Assembly (NCBI GenBank): GCA_963816185.1
Contig: CAWFJJ010000006.1
Location: forward strand, 1,326 to 65,325
DNA from: Thermoanaerobaculia bacterium
GTDB taxonomy: Bacteria > Acidobacteriota > Thermoanaerobaculia > UBA5066
Length of the DNA: 64,000 nucleotides
Direction of reading: 5' to 3'
Below are positions 51,949 through 62,963 of the stretch, piece by piece. The notes beneath the pieces are model-generated. The model made no database searches. It was not told the DNA's origin and saw only the letters and a list, made by a program, of their open reading frames with translations. Position 1 is the first letter of the stretch. Each line of letters starts with the position of its first letter. Position numbers and translations under genes: made by a program.

Positions 51949-53004
51949 ATGAGAACACCGGCGTCCGTACGTTTCGTCACACCCCTCGCTTTGACCCTCG
52001 CGTTTGCCGCCGCCGCGGCGAGGGCCGACGTCGTGATCCCGTCGACTGTCTACCGCCGCGGCGCCGGCGGCGCCGAGTTCCGGAGCGACGTCCGGGTCTT
52101 AAACCCGACCGCCTCGCCGATCAACTACACGCCCGTCCTCTACGACCAGGTCTCCGGCCAGACGCTCACGGCTCCCCTTCAGACGATCCCCGCACGGACA
52201 CAACAGTCCTTCGACAACATCGTCGGGACGCTCTTCGGCAAGACGCTCGTGGACGGTGCGTTCGGGCCGATCCGTTTCCAGACGTCCGGCGCCATCCTCG
52301 TCTCGTCCTCCGTCAACAACTACAACGCCTGCGGCAACGGCGCGATCTCCGGCCAGTGGCTGCCCGGACTCGACGCGACGGCCGCCGTGAAGGCCGGGAC
52401 GCTTGTTCAACTGGCCTCGAGCGTGGACCTGAACAGCGGGTACCGGACGAACGTCGTCTTCACGAATCCCGGCACGCAGCCCGCGATCGTCACGGCGAAG
52501 GTGCGGAAGGGCGACGGTTCGCAGGTCTCGAGCGCGACGCTCGACCCGCTCGGGGCGAACGGGTTCGTCCAGATCGGCAACTGGGGCTCGTTCCCGGGCG
52601 TCGCGGGCACCGCAGACACGAATCTCTGGCTCGAGTTCACGAGCGACCAGCCCGTCCTCGCCTTCGCGTCCGTCATCAACAACGCGTCCGGAGATCCGTT
52701 CGCGATTGTCATGACGGCCGAGCCGAACGTCTCGTCGCCGGCTCCCGTCGCCTCCTATACCGTCTCCGACAGCCCCACGACGGGCCAGCTGGTCACGTTC
52801 ACCGACACGTCCTCGAATTCCCCCGTGAATCGGTTCTGGGCGTTCGGCGACGGCACGGTCAGCACGACGACGACCAGCACCACGACGCATACATACTCGA
52901 CGTCAGGGACGTACCACTCGGCGTTCTTCGTCGAAAATGCGAGCGGCTCGAGCAGCGCGACCAAGGACGTCGTCGTGGTGGGCAAACCCCCGGTGGGGTA
53001 CTGA
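51949..53004 (+). CDS. secreted protein with C-terminal PKD domain
   Basis: ATG 51949 after GAGAGGAG, inside ORF 51922..53004. Signal peptide. PKD signature FTDTS...WAFGDGT...HTYSTSGTY. Confidence 0.7.
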   Translation: MRTPASVRFVTPLALTLAFAAAAARADVVIPSTVYRRGAGGAEFRSDVRVLNPTASPINYTPVLYDQVSGQTLTAPLQTIPARTQQSFDNIVGTLFGKTLVDGAFGPIRFQTSGAILVSSSVNNYNACGNGAISGQWLPGLDATAAVKAGTLVQLASSVDLNSGYRTNVVFTNPGTQPAIVTAKVRKGDGSQVSSATLDPLGANGFVQIGNWGSFPGVAGTADTNLWLEFTSDQPVLAFASVINNASGDPFAIVMTAEPNVSSPAPVASYTVSDSPTTGQLVTFTDTSSNSPVNRFWAFGDGTVSTTTTSTTTHTYSTSGTYHSAFFVENASGSSSATKDVVVVGKPPVGY

Positions 53005-53092
53005 TTCACTGGAAGAAGGTAGATCTCCGGAAAGCCGAACTCCCGCGGGAATAGAATCGCAGCCGCTCTTCGTCTCCGGAGGTTTCACGCCG

Positions 53093-55663
53093 ATGCTCGC
53101 CCCGGGGACCCGGCTGGGCCCGTACGAGATTCTCTCTCCGCTCGGGGCCGGCGGAATGGGGGAAGTCTACCGGGCAGTCGACGAGCGGCTGAAGCGCGAG
53201 GTCGCCGTGAAGGTGCTGTCGCGTTTCGGCAGCCACGACCCGGAGCGTCTGAAGCGCTTCGAGCAGGAGGCGCGCGCCGCCTCGGCGCTCTCCCACCCAA
53301 ACATCCTGACGATCTTCGATGTCGGCGAAAACGAAGGCGTCCCGTTCGTCGTGTCGGAGCTCCTCGAGGGCGAGACGCTGAGGGAGCGTCTCGCCCGGGG
53401 ACCGCTCCCGTCACGGAAGGTCGTCGAGCTCGCCCGGGAACTGGCGCGCGGCCTCGCCGCCGCGCACGAGGCCGGCATCGTGCACCGCGATCTGAAGCCG
53501 GAAAACGTCTTCCTGACAAAGGATGGGAGGCTGAAGATCCTCGACTTCGGCCTCGCGAAGATCGTCTCGGGGTCCGAGGGCCGGAAGGCCGCCCCTGAGG
53601 CGACGACGATGACGGTCCTGACGGATTCCGGCTTCGTCGTGGGGACGGCGGGTTACATGTCGCCGGAGCAGGTGCGGGGCTTGCCCGTGGATCACAGGTC
53701 GGACATCTTTTCGTTCGGCTCGATCCTCTACGAGATGCTGACGGCACGGCGTGCGTTCCAAGGCGCGTCGGCCGTCGAGACGATGAACGCCGTTCTCACG
53801 ACGGACCCGCCCGAGCTCGCGGGAATTTCGGCGGTCATGCCGCCGGGTCTCGAGAGAATCCTTCGGCACTGTCTCGAGAAGGAGCGGGACGACCGCTTCC
53901 AGTCGACGCGCGACCTCGCGTTCCACCTCGACGCGCTCTCGTCGATCTCGTCGGCTGCCCTTCCGGTTCCCGCCGTACCCGCGGTGCCGCGGCGACGGCC
54001 GCTTCTCCTCGCCGGCGCGGGCGTCCTCGCGGCAGCCGTCGTGGCGGGTGCGGTCTGGCTTCTTGCGACGCTGAATACGGTGGAGCCGGCCCGGTACCGC
54101 CAGCTCACGTTCCGACGGGGAACGATCCTGACGGCGCGCTTCGCGAAGGACGGCGAGTCGATCGTCTACGGCGCCGCCTGGGATGGCGAGCCGTTCCGCG
54201 TCTTCTCCATGCGCGCGGGGAGTCCCGAGTCGGCGGCGGTCGCGCTTCCGCCCGCCGACGTCCTCTCGATTTCGGCGTCCGAGGAGCTCGCCCTCGCGCT
54301 GAACCAGCGCTTCGCGTTCGGATGGATCACCTCCGGGACGCTCGCTCGGGTGCCGTTCGCGGGCGGGGCGCCGCGGGAGCTCCTCGAGCGCGTGCAGGAG
54401 GCTGACTGGGCGCCGGACGGGAGCCTTGCCATCGTCCGGCGGGTCGAAGGACGGACGCGGCTCGAATGTCCGCAGGGACGCGTCCTGTTCGAGACGCCGA
54501 GCTGGGTCAGCCACCCGCGCGTCTCGCCCGACGGCAGCCGGATCGCGTTCCTCGACCATCCGGTCTACGCCGACGACCACGGCGCCGTGACCGTCGTCCG
54601 CGCCGGCGAGGCGCCGCGCCGTCTGACGCTCGTCTACGCCTCTGCGCAGGGGATCTCCTGGACCCCGAACGGCCGCGAGATCTGGTTCTCGGCCTCCGAG
54701 AAGGGAGCGAATACGGCGCTCCTTGCGGTCACCCCCGCGGGCCGGGTCCGGACGGTGGTCCGGGCTCTCGGGCGTCTGCGGCTCCTCGACATCTCCCGCG
54801 CGGGGCGAGTCCTCGTCACCCGGGAAAGCTCGGTCGCCAGCGTCTTCGTCCGCGGACCCGGGGGCCGCGAGGAACGTGATCTCTCGTGGCTCGACCGCTC
54901 CACCGCCGAGGACCTTTCGGCCGACGGTACGAAGCTGCTCCTCAACGAGGAAGGGGAAGGGGCCGGCGCCTCGTCGAGCGTCTACCTCCGCGGGACCGAC
55001 GGCTCCCCGGCCGTGCGGCTCGGCGAAGGGGTCGGCACGTCGCTCTCCGCCGACGGGAAATGGGCGGTCGCCATCAACTACGGCTCACCGCCCCAGCTCT
55101 GGCTCCTTCCCACCGGACCCGGAGAGCCGAGGCTCGTTCCCCGGGGGCCGATGGAGCAATACCACTGGGCGCGCGTGCTCCCCGACGGGCGGCGCGTTTT
55201 GATCTCGGGCAATGAGAAGGGTGGAGGCGTCCGGCTCTTCGTCCAGGAGATCACCGGGGCAACCGCGCGTCCGATCACGCCGGAAGGAACCGGCTACCTC
55301 CTGCCCCCGTCGCCGGACGGCAGGTTCGTCCCGTCGGCCGATCCGGAAGGACGGGTGAATCTCTACCCGGTCGACGGCGGCGAGCCCCGGCCGCTTCCCG
55401 GCATCGCGCGCGGGGACGAGGTCCTTCTCTGGAAGGCCGACGGCCGCTCGTTGCTCGTCCGGCGTGGGCTCAGCATGCCCGTCCGCATCGACCGCGTCGA
55501 CGTCGCCACGGGCAAGGCAGAACTCTGGCGCGAGATCGCTCCGGCCGACCGGACAGGGATGACCGAGGTCCCTTCGATCCGGGTTTCGGCGGACGAAAGC
55601 ACGTTCACGTATACGGTGCATCGGCTTCTCTCCGAGCTCTACGTCGCCGACGGGTTACGCTGA
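53093..55663 (+). CDS. Ser/Thr protein kinase fused to TolB-like beta-propeller (paralogous architecture to 37729..40425)
   Basis: ATG 53093 (GGAGG upstream), inside ORF 52937..55663. Motifs GAGGMGEVYRA, VAVKVL, HRDLKPENV, DFGLAK. TM helix. SPDGS/SADGK propeller repeats. Confidence 0.9.
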   Translation: MLAPGTRLGPYEILSPLGAGGMGEVYRAVDERLKREVAVKVLSRFGSHDPERLKRFEQEARAASALSHPNILTIFDVGENEGVPFVVSELLEGETLRERLARGPLPSRKVVELARELARGLAAAHEAGIVHRDLKPENVFLTKDGRLKILDFGLAKIVSGSEGRKAAPEATTMTVLTDSGFVVGTAGYMSPEQVRGLPVDHRSDIFSFGSILYEMLTARRAFQGASAVETMNAVLTTDPPELAGISAVMPPGLERILRHCLEKERDDRFQSTRDLAFHLDALSSISSAALPVPAVPAVPRRRPLLLAGAGVLAAAVVAGAVWLLATLNTVEPARYRQLTFRRGTILTARFAKDGESIVYGAAWDGEPFRVFSMRAGSPESAAVALPPADVLSISASEELALALNQRFAFGWITSGTLARVPFAGGAPRELLERVQEADWAPDGSLAIVRRVEGRTRLECPQGRVLFETPSWVSHPRVSPDGSRIAFLDHPVYADDHGAVTVVRAGEAPRRLTLVYASAQGISWTPNGREIWFSASEKGANTALLAVTPAGRVRTVVRALGRLRLLDISRAGRVLVTRESSVASVFVRGPGGREERDLSWLDRSTAEDLSADGTKLLLNEEGEGAGASSSVYLRGTDGSPAVRLGEGVGTSLSADGKWAVAINYGSPPQLWLLPTGPGEPRLVPRGPMEQYHWARVLPDGRRVLISGNEKGGGVRLFVQEITGATARPITPEGTGYLLPPSPDGRFVPSADPEGRVNLYPVDGGEPRPLPGIARGDEVLLWKADGRSLLVRRGLSMPVRIDRVDVATGKAELWREIAPADRTGMTEVPSIRVSADESTFTYTVHRLLSELYVADGLR

Positions 55664-55758
55664 TTGCGCCCACCTGTGACGCAGATCAACTCTGGAGACG
55701 AGGCGATGGAGCTAGCATCGCGGCCGGGAGCCGGCCCAGCAGCGGCGCCGAAACATCG

Positions 55759-56463
55759 ATGCAGAGTGCGGAACAGGTTGCACGGATACGCTCGATCTTC
55801 GGGGGCACCGCTTCTGTCTACGACGAAATCGTGGACGCGGCGACGCAGGGTGAGGATCGCTACTGGAAAGAGCGGGTGCTGGAGAAACTGGACCAGCCAC
55901 GGCGTGTCCTCGACCTCGCCTGCGGGACCGGAATTCTCGCCTTCATGATCAGGGACCGCTTTCCCGCCACGCGGGTGGTCGGCCTCGACATCTCGGAGGA
56001 GTACCTCGACCGCGCTCGGGCGCGCGCCCACGGGCGGCGCGACGACGGCGTCGAGTTCGTGTGCGGGGCCGCCGAGGAGCTGGACGTCCCGAAGGCCTTC
56101 GACGCCATCACCTCGTGCTACCTCCCGAAATACGCGAACCTGCCGCTCCTCGCGAGCCGCCTCGGAGAAAAGCTCGAGAGAGGAGCGCGCCTCGTGATGC
56201 AGGACTTCGACTACCCCGAGCGCGCGGAGGTTCAGGCCGTCTGGGAGGCCCGCTTCGAATCGCTTCGCCGCTGGGCGCACGCGTCGCGGCCCGAGGCCGA
56301 GCGCATGATGACCGTGCTTCCCGGGATCATCCGGGAGTCACGGTGGAGTCGCAACCTGCCGGAACTGCTCGTTCGGGAGGGTTTCACCGACGTGACGCTC
56401 GAGCGGCTGAGTCTTGGAACGTCCTCGATCGTGTCGGCACGATGGAAACTTCCGGTCCAGTAG
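55759..56463 (+). CDS. class I SAM-dependent methyltransferase
   Basis: 234-aa ORF with motif I VLDLACGTGIL. UbiE/COQ5-like N-terminal region. Confidence 0.8.
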   Translation: MQSAEQVARIRSIFGGTASVYDEIVDAATQGEDRYWKERVLEKLDQPRRVLDLACGTGILAFMIRDRFPATRVVGLDISEEYLDRARARAHGRRDDGVEFVCGAAEELDVPKAFDAITSCYLPKYANLPLLASRLGEKLERGARLVMQDFDYPERAEVQAVWEARFESLRRWAHASRPEAERMMTVLPGIIRESRWSRNLPELLVREGFTDVTLERLSLGTSSIVSARWKLPVQ

Positions 56464-56605
56464 CCTCTCCCTAAGGCAAGAAAGTCGCTCGGAAGCTCTT
56501 CGACGAAACCCTAAACAAGGGTGAGTGGGACACCTACCTCGCCACCCACGCCCCGGCGTTTCAGGCGCACTCCCTTGACAGAATCCGAGTCGCAATCGAG
56601 ACTGA

Positions 56606-59600
56606 ATGATCAGCGGAACGCCCGCCGACGACGCCGAAACGACACTGGACACGCCGGGCCTGAAGGACGGGGCGGGTCGTCCGATCCTGCCGGCCGATCG
56701 GGCAGCCGCGGGCGAAGCGTCCGAGGCCACGGACTCGTTCATCCGGCCGGGCCTCGTCATGAACGGGCGCTACCGGGTCGACCGTCTCCTCGCGCGCGGG
56801 GGAATGGGAGGCGTCTACCGCGTCGACGATCAGCTCTTTCCGGGGCGTCCGACGGCCCTCAAGATCTTCCTTCACCCGCTCCGGAACACGGTCGAGCTGT
56901 TCCGCGCCGAGTTCAGAACCATGGCGTCGCTGCGCCACCCGAACGTCGCCCGCGTGTACGACTTCGAGCAGGTCGCGGGCCAGGACGCGTTCTTCTTCAC
57001 GATGGAGCTCCTGCCCGGCGTGCCGCTCGACCGCTTCCTGGCCGAGCCGCGCGCCGAAGCGGAGACGTCCGATGCGGGGTCTCCGCCGCCCGCCTCCACG
57101 GTCGACGCGTCGGCCGTGCGCGGCCCCTCGGCCGGGCGGATCGTGCCGTGGGGGGACGCTCTCGAGCTTCTCGTCCCCGTCATCCGCGCGCTCGCGTACC
57201 TTCACGGCCGCGGCGTCGTCCACTTCGACCTCAAGCCCGGCAACATCGTGGTCAGCTCGCGCGGCGCCCAGCGCCACGTGAAGGTCCTCGACTTCGGCCT
57301 CGCGGGCCTGCGCGGCGTCCGCGGGCTCGTGATGGGCACTCCGCATTACCTCTCGCCCGAGATCGCGAGCGCGAAGGAAGGCGACCACCGCTCCGACCTC
57401 TACAGCCTCGGCATCATGGCGTACCGCCTGCTGACGGGCGAAACGCCATTCAGCACGACGCAGGGCCTCAGCGTCCTCCTCAAGCGGAAGCTCACCGAGC
57501 CGGTGCGCTTCACGAGTGCGCACGCGGAACGCGTGCCGGACTGGCTCCGCACGATCGTCGAGCGCCTCTGCTCCGTCGATCCGGCCGGGCGACCCGCGAG
57601 CGCCGGCGACCTCCTCGACGAGATCAACCGCGCGGGCGGCCTCGCGTACGAACTCGAGACGCGCGACGCCCGCGAGAACTATCTCTTCTCGAGCGCCTTC
57701 GTCGGCCGCTCTCACGAGATGGAGGACGTGAACCGCTCGATCGACGCGGCCCTCAAGGGCGATCGGCACGCCGGCCTCTTCGTCACGGGCCGGAGCGGCA
57801 TGGGGAAGTCGCGCCTCATGCGCGAGGTGCGGCTGGCCGTCCAGCTGCGCGGCGTCCCGTTCCTCGAGGTCGACTGCTTCGAGCGCGACCTGACCGAGTC
57901 CGGGCCGATGGCGAACCTCGTCCTGCAGGCCGCCCGCCTCGCGACATCCGTGGGCGCGCAGTCGCTCCTCAATGCGCACGCGCCGGAGATGGTCAAGCTC
58001 GTTCCGTCGCTCCCGCTCGACGCGGGGGTCGCGCCGACGCCGCCGCTCCCGAACGCGGACGCCGAACGCCGGCGCGTCCTCGAGGCCATCGCCGCGTTCC
58101 TCGTCGGGCTCGGCCGCATCACGCCGTACGTCGCGTACGTGAACGACTTTCAGTGGGCGCGCGACGGCACCGTCGACGTCGCCTCGTCGCTCCTCGCGAT
58201 CCGCTCGGGCGCGGCTGTCGCGGCCACGGGCTCGAAGTTCTGCCTCCTCGGCAGCTACCGCGTCGACGACGTGACGGGCCGGCCGCTCGCGCGCCTCGTC
58301 CAGCCGGGACCCGAGCGCCCGGCGCCGCGCGTCGTCGAGCTCTCCCCGCTTCGCGACGAGGACGTCGCCGGCCTCCTCAGGTCCATGCTCGGCCTCTCCG
58401 AGCTGCCCGATTGGCTCGCCGCGCACGTCGCCGAGTCGAGCGAGGGCCTCCCGTTCTTCGTCGAGGAGATCCTGCGCGACCTCCTCGAAGAGGGCCGGCT
58501 CGGGATGGCGGACGGAAGGGGTGCAAAGCTCGCCGAGGGCCTGCGCATCGACGCGGCCGCGTCCTTCCTGAAGCGCGCGGCGCGCGTCTCGCCCGGCGAG
58601 CGGAGCCTCCTCGACATCCTCGCCGTCTCGGGGCGGCCCTTGGACACGGACGTCCTGCAGGAGGTGAGCGGCCTTCCGCGGCCGGCGGCCCGCGAGGCCC
58701 TCCAGATCCTCGGCGAGAAGCAGATGGTCGTCGCGATCCAGGGCGAGAAGGAGCGCTACAACCTCGCCCACGACCGCATGCGCGAGGCGCTCTACGTGGG
58801 CCTGCACGCGGACGCGCAGACGGCCCTCCACCTGCGCCTCGGGAGGAGCCTCGCCCGCGCGCTCGCGGCGGGCGGCCGGTGGGAGACGCTCTTCGAGGCC
58901 GTCGCCCACTTCGGCCAGGCCCTCGACCGCGACGGCCCCGGGGCGCTCGCCGACGAAGCCGAGCGCACGGGCGTCGCGCGCCTTCAGCTTCGGGCGGCCG
59001 TGGCCACGAACGCGACGGGAGCCTTCTCGACCGGCGTCTCCTACCTCGAGCGCGCGCTCTCCCTCCTCCCCGAGCGCGCGTACGAGCGTACGTACGACCT
59101 TGCCCTCGCCGTCGACCACGCGCTCGCCGCGACGCTCATCCCGCTCGGGCGCGTCGACGAGGCGCTAAGGGCCGCGGACCGCATCGTCGCGAACGCGCGC
59201 GGCGCCCTCGACGAGTCGCCCGGATGGGAGGCCCGCATTCTCGCGTACGCCGCGCTCAACGAGTATCCGAAGGCGATCGCGGCCGGCATCGAGATCTGCG
59301 GGCGGCTCGGCCTCGCGCTGCCCACGGACCCCACGCGCCTCGACATCGCCCGGATCCTCGGCCGCGTCCTCTGGAAGGTCCGCAACATGACGGACGAGAC
59401 GCTCGCCACGCTCCCAGAGGTCGAGGACCCGCGCGCCCTGCGCCTCATTCGCATCATGTCGTCGATGACGGCGTGCGCGTACGTCTCGCGGCCGTACCTG
59501 TGGCCCGTCCTCATCGGCAATTGCCTGACGCTCATGCTGCGCCACGGCCGCGGGCCCACGCACGCGCTCCTCTTCGTCTGGTTCGCGACGGCGCTCAACG

Positions 59601-60596
59601 CCGTGGGCCTCTACGGCGCGTCGGTGCGCTTCTCGCGCCTCGGCACGCGCCTCATGGGCGCGCCCGACGGCGCCGCGTTCCTCCCGAAGCTGCACCACGC
59701 GATGGGGCAGTTCGTGTCGCACTGGAGGGAGCCGATCGCCCGCTCGGCCGAGTGGTGCCGCGAGGGCTACGCGCTCGGCCGGCGCGTGGAGGACGCGGAG
59801 TTCGCGGGCTACTGCCACATGGGCTGGGCGAAGGCGCGGCTCGAGATGGGCGAGCCGCTCTCCGAGGTGCGGACGACGGCGCTCGACGCCCTCGAGACGA
59901 TCCGGGCTTCGGGACAGATCGGCACCGAGGTCATGCACCGGACGACGATCGAAGTCGTCGACGCCCTCATGGGCCTCGCCCCCGTGCCGGCCGCCGGCGC
60001 CGGCGACGCCGCGCGCTCCGCCGAGCTCAGCAACACGCAGAACGCTTTCCGCCTCCTCGACCGCGCGCGCCTCCTCTGCTTCTTCCGGAGGAGCGGCGGC
60101 TCCGCGCTGGGACGCGAGCTCCTGAAGGTGAGCGAGATCGGCCTGCCGGCGACGTTCTTCCTCTCCATCGCGCACTACGTCGCGTGCCTGGGCTGGATGC
60201 TCGAGGCGCGCCGCGGCGGCGCCTTCACGCGGCTCGCAGTGCCTCGTTCGCGTGCGCCTTGCGCGCGGCCGGATTCGCAAATGGGCGCGCCTCTGCCCCC
60301 ACAATTTCGAGCACCGCGCGCTCCTCGTGGACGCCGAGTGGCTGCGCACGACGGGACGCCCCGGGCGCTCGCTTCGCAGATACGAAGAGGCGATCGCGGC
60401 GGCGTACGACCACGGGTTCGTCCAGGACGCGGGGCTCGCGCACGAACTCGCGGCCGAGATGCTGGTCGACCGCGGGGACGAGCGCGCGGCGCGGACGCAC
60501 GTCCTCGCGGCGCTGGAGAGATACCGCGCGTGGGGCGCCGACGCGAAGGTCCTGGACCTGCAGACGCGTTACGCCCGATTCCTCGCCGCCGCCTGA
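56606..60596 (+). CDS. Ser/Thr kinase - AAA(STAND) ATPase - TPR multidomain protein, frame interrupted near the 3' end
   Basis: ORF 56606..60664 carries the kinase (RGGMGGVYRV, HFDLKPGNIV, DFGLAG) and P-loop (VTGRSGMGKSRLM), then turns into Arg/Pro-rich sequence after ~60240. The family-typical C-terminus (NFEHRALLVDAEWLR...ALERYRAWGADAKV) is ORF 60252..60596 in another frame. A single-nt shift lies between ~60236 and 60252. Confidence 0.8.
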
Positions 60597-60615
60597 CGCG
60601 TGACCGCCCGGCCGG

Positions 60616-62791
60616 TCAGATCGAGATGCTGTTCGGAATCATCGAGGGCAGCTGGTTCTCGTAAGGCAGCGGGCGCGTCCGGTTGCGCTTGCGGATCTCG
60701 GCCTCGATGGCGGCGAGCGCCATCCTGAAGTCGACGTTGACGGCCTCGGCCCGCGCGTCGGCGAAGTAGGGCCGGCGGGGATTGTCGGAGTACGTGCCGA
60801 ACGTGTCGTACTGCACGCTGCTCAGGAGGTACCCGAACGCCACCTGGTAGAGCGCGACGTCGACGGGCGGCAGCAAGCCGAGCAGGGGGTCGGGAGAACC
60901 GGCGGCCCTCGAGCCCGAGGGCGGCGGCGCGTACGCCGTGCCCGAGACGCTCGGCAGGTACGACATCAGGGGGTACTGCGCGTAGTTCACGTTCGCGTGC
61001 TGCGGTCCGGCCGTGTAGACGATGAGCGACACCATGTCGACGAGGTAGTCGAAGCTGTCGAGCTGCGCCGTGCCCTGTCCCTCGGCGCCGCCTGTCGAAC
61101 GTCAGGCCGCCGAGCCCGCGGAACGCCGCGCCGGCCGGGCTCGTGATCTCCTCGACCCACGCCTGCACTTCCTTGTCCGCGCGCACGTCGTCGTTGCCCG
61201 CCGTAGTAGCACGCGAGATACGCGCGCACGTACTCGCGGATCGCGTCCCAGAGGAGGAGGGTGTCGTCGCGGAACGGGAACTCGGGCAGCCGCTCGCGGT
61301 CGACTCCCCGGAGCGCGAACAGGCGGTGCGGCAGGTTCTGGTCGAAGCGCCACGCGAGCCGCGCGTCCCGCACCATCCCGAGGCTTCCGGCGATGCTCGG
61401 CGACAGCACCGACGCCACGACGCCGTGCGGAATGATGAGGCTGTGCTTGGCGCCCTCGTTGATGTCGAGCGTGAACCGGAAGTGCGGCGCCAGGAGCGCG
61501 AGGATCGGATGCTCGACCGAGAGCTGGCGGTTCGTGGCGACGACGAGCGTCTCGACGGTGAGATGGCAGGCGCCGAGGTGCGCGACCGTCTCGTGCTGCA
61601 CGGCGACGGCGTTCAGCACCCAGAACTTCGCGACCTTCCACGCCGTGGCGTCGCCGCCGGGAAGGAAGATCGGACAGGTCACGGGGTCGTGCTTCTGGCC
61701 GACCTGGATCGCGACCGGCTGCAGGCTGCCGCGCCCCTCCGGGAAACCCGGCCCCGGCTCGGGGTTCCAGTAGAAGAGGGCGATCGGCGCGGCGAGGTAG
61801 CGCTGGTCCCCGTGGAGCCTGCTCGCCTCTACGCCGTCGAACATCGTGAGGTCGAGCGCGTAGAGACGGCCGATCTCCGCCGCCCGCTGCAGCGTGAGGG
61901 ACGAGTCGCCGGAGGCGGCCTTCAAGCATCGCGTCGGTCACGGGCATCTTCGAAAGCAGAGCGCCGAGGTCGACCGCGAGCTCGGGTGCCATACCCCTCG
62001 GGAAGACGCCCTTGAGGTTCGAAGTGTTGAAGCCGGCGATCTGGAGCCAGCCGAAATACCAGTCGCTCTCCCACACCTCCTGGCCGGGCGCGAGGCGCAT
62101 CCACGGCTGCGGCTCGAAGTTCGATCACGGCGGGCGGTCCGGGGAAGCCCGGGTACAGCGTCTTGAACTCCGCGAGGTCCTTCGCGTGCAGGTACCCGTC
62201 GCCCGTCTGTGGCGTCCGGAGAACTTCGTAGAGCGTGTCCCTCAGGAACGACGTGATGCCGACGTCCTTCATGTCCTGGAGCGACTTCGAGACCGCCTTC
62301 TCGAGCCCCTCGACGAGCGGCGGGATCTCGGACATCTTCTTGTACGCCTCAGCGAGCTCCGGCGGGCCGCCTTCGAGCGACTCGAAGATCCTGACGATTG
62401 CAGCGAGGTCCGCGGGGACGTTCAGCGGGTTGAGACCCGAGAACTGTTTCTTCGCGGCGTCGATCGCGCTCTGCAGCGCGACCATCCACGGCATCGGCAT
62501 CGCCGGAAGGTCCGCGCGCAGCTGCGCCTCGAATCGGGCGACGAGGACGCTCTTGAGGTTCTCGGCGACCTCGAGGAGGACGGGCGCGACCTTCGCCTTG
62601 TACGCGAGCGAGAACCTCTCGGAGTCGGGCACCTGCGCCGCGAGCGGCGCGGGGTACAGGTAGCTCGTCGTGTAGTTGTATCGCGTGCGCGCGAGCGAGA
62701 GCTCGTAGCTCCGGTGATGGGCACGTTTCTCGTCGTCCTTCTGCGGGAGGGATGGAAGGGAGCCAATCACGAAGCCTCCTCGACACGTCAT
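60616..62791 (-). pseudogene. lipoxygenase gene broken by four single-nucleotide frameshifts
   Basis: Four consecutive reverse-strand pieces in different frames: (1) ..SLPQKDDEKRAHHRSYELSLARTRYNY..LYPGFPGPPAV. (2) NFEPQPWMRLAPGQEVWESDWYFGWLQIAGFN..PVTDAML. (3) KAASGDSSLTLQRAAEIGRLYALD..WKVAKFWVLNAVAVQHETVAHLGACH..LLLWDAIREYVRAYLACYYG, then NDDVRADKEVQAWVEEITSPAGAAFRGLGGLTFD. (4) GGAEGQGTAQLDSFDYLVDMVSLIVYTAGPQHANVNYAQY...IPNSISI. Shifts lie near 62120-62130, 61919-61928, 61197-61202 and 61088-61097. Metal-ligand motifs and the C-terminal Ile are retained. Confidence 0.8.
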
Positions 62792-62963
62792 CGGACGACC
62801 GGGTTACGTGCAGGCAGTATACAGACGCGTCAACCAGTCTCAACCGCAGGCGGGCTGGGCGAGGTCTACGGGGCGAATAACACGAAGATCGAACGCGGCG
62901 CTGCTACTCGTGTGTAATAGTTGACGTCTGGGGTTCAGAAGTAATTGGGCCTGAGGTGGAACG

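Noticed and set aside
56521-60603. 1360-aa forward ORF and 852-aa reverse ORF (56561..59119) overlapping the STAND kinase
   Set aside because: These are alternative or antisense frames of a gene with clear kinase and P-loop motifs. The translations are Arg/Pro/Ala-rich low-complexity sequence.
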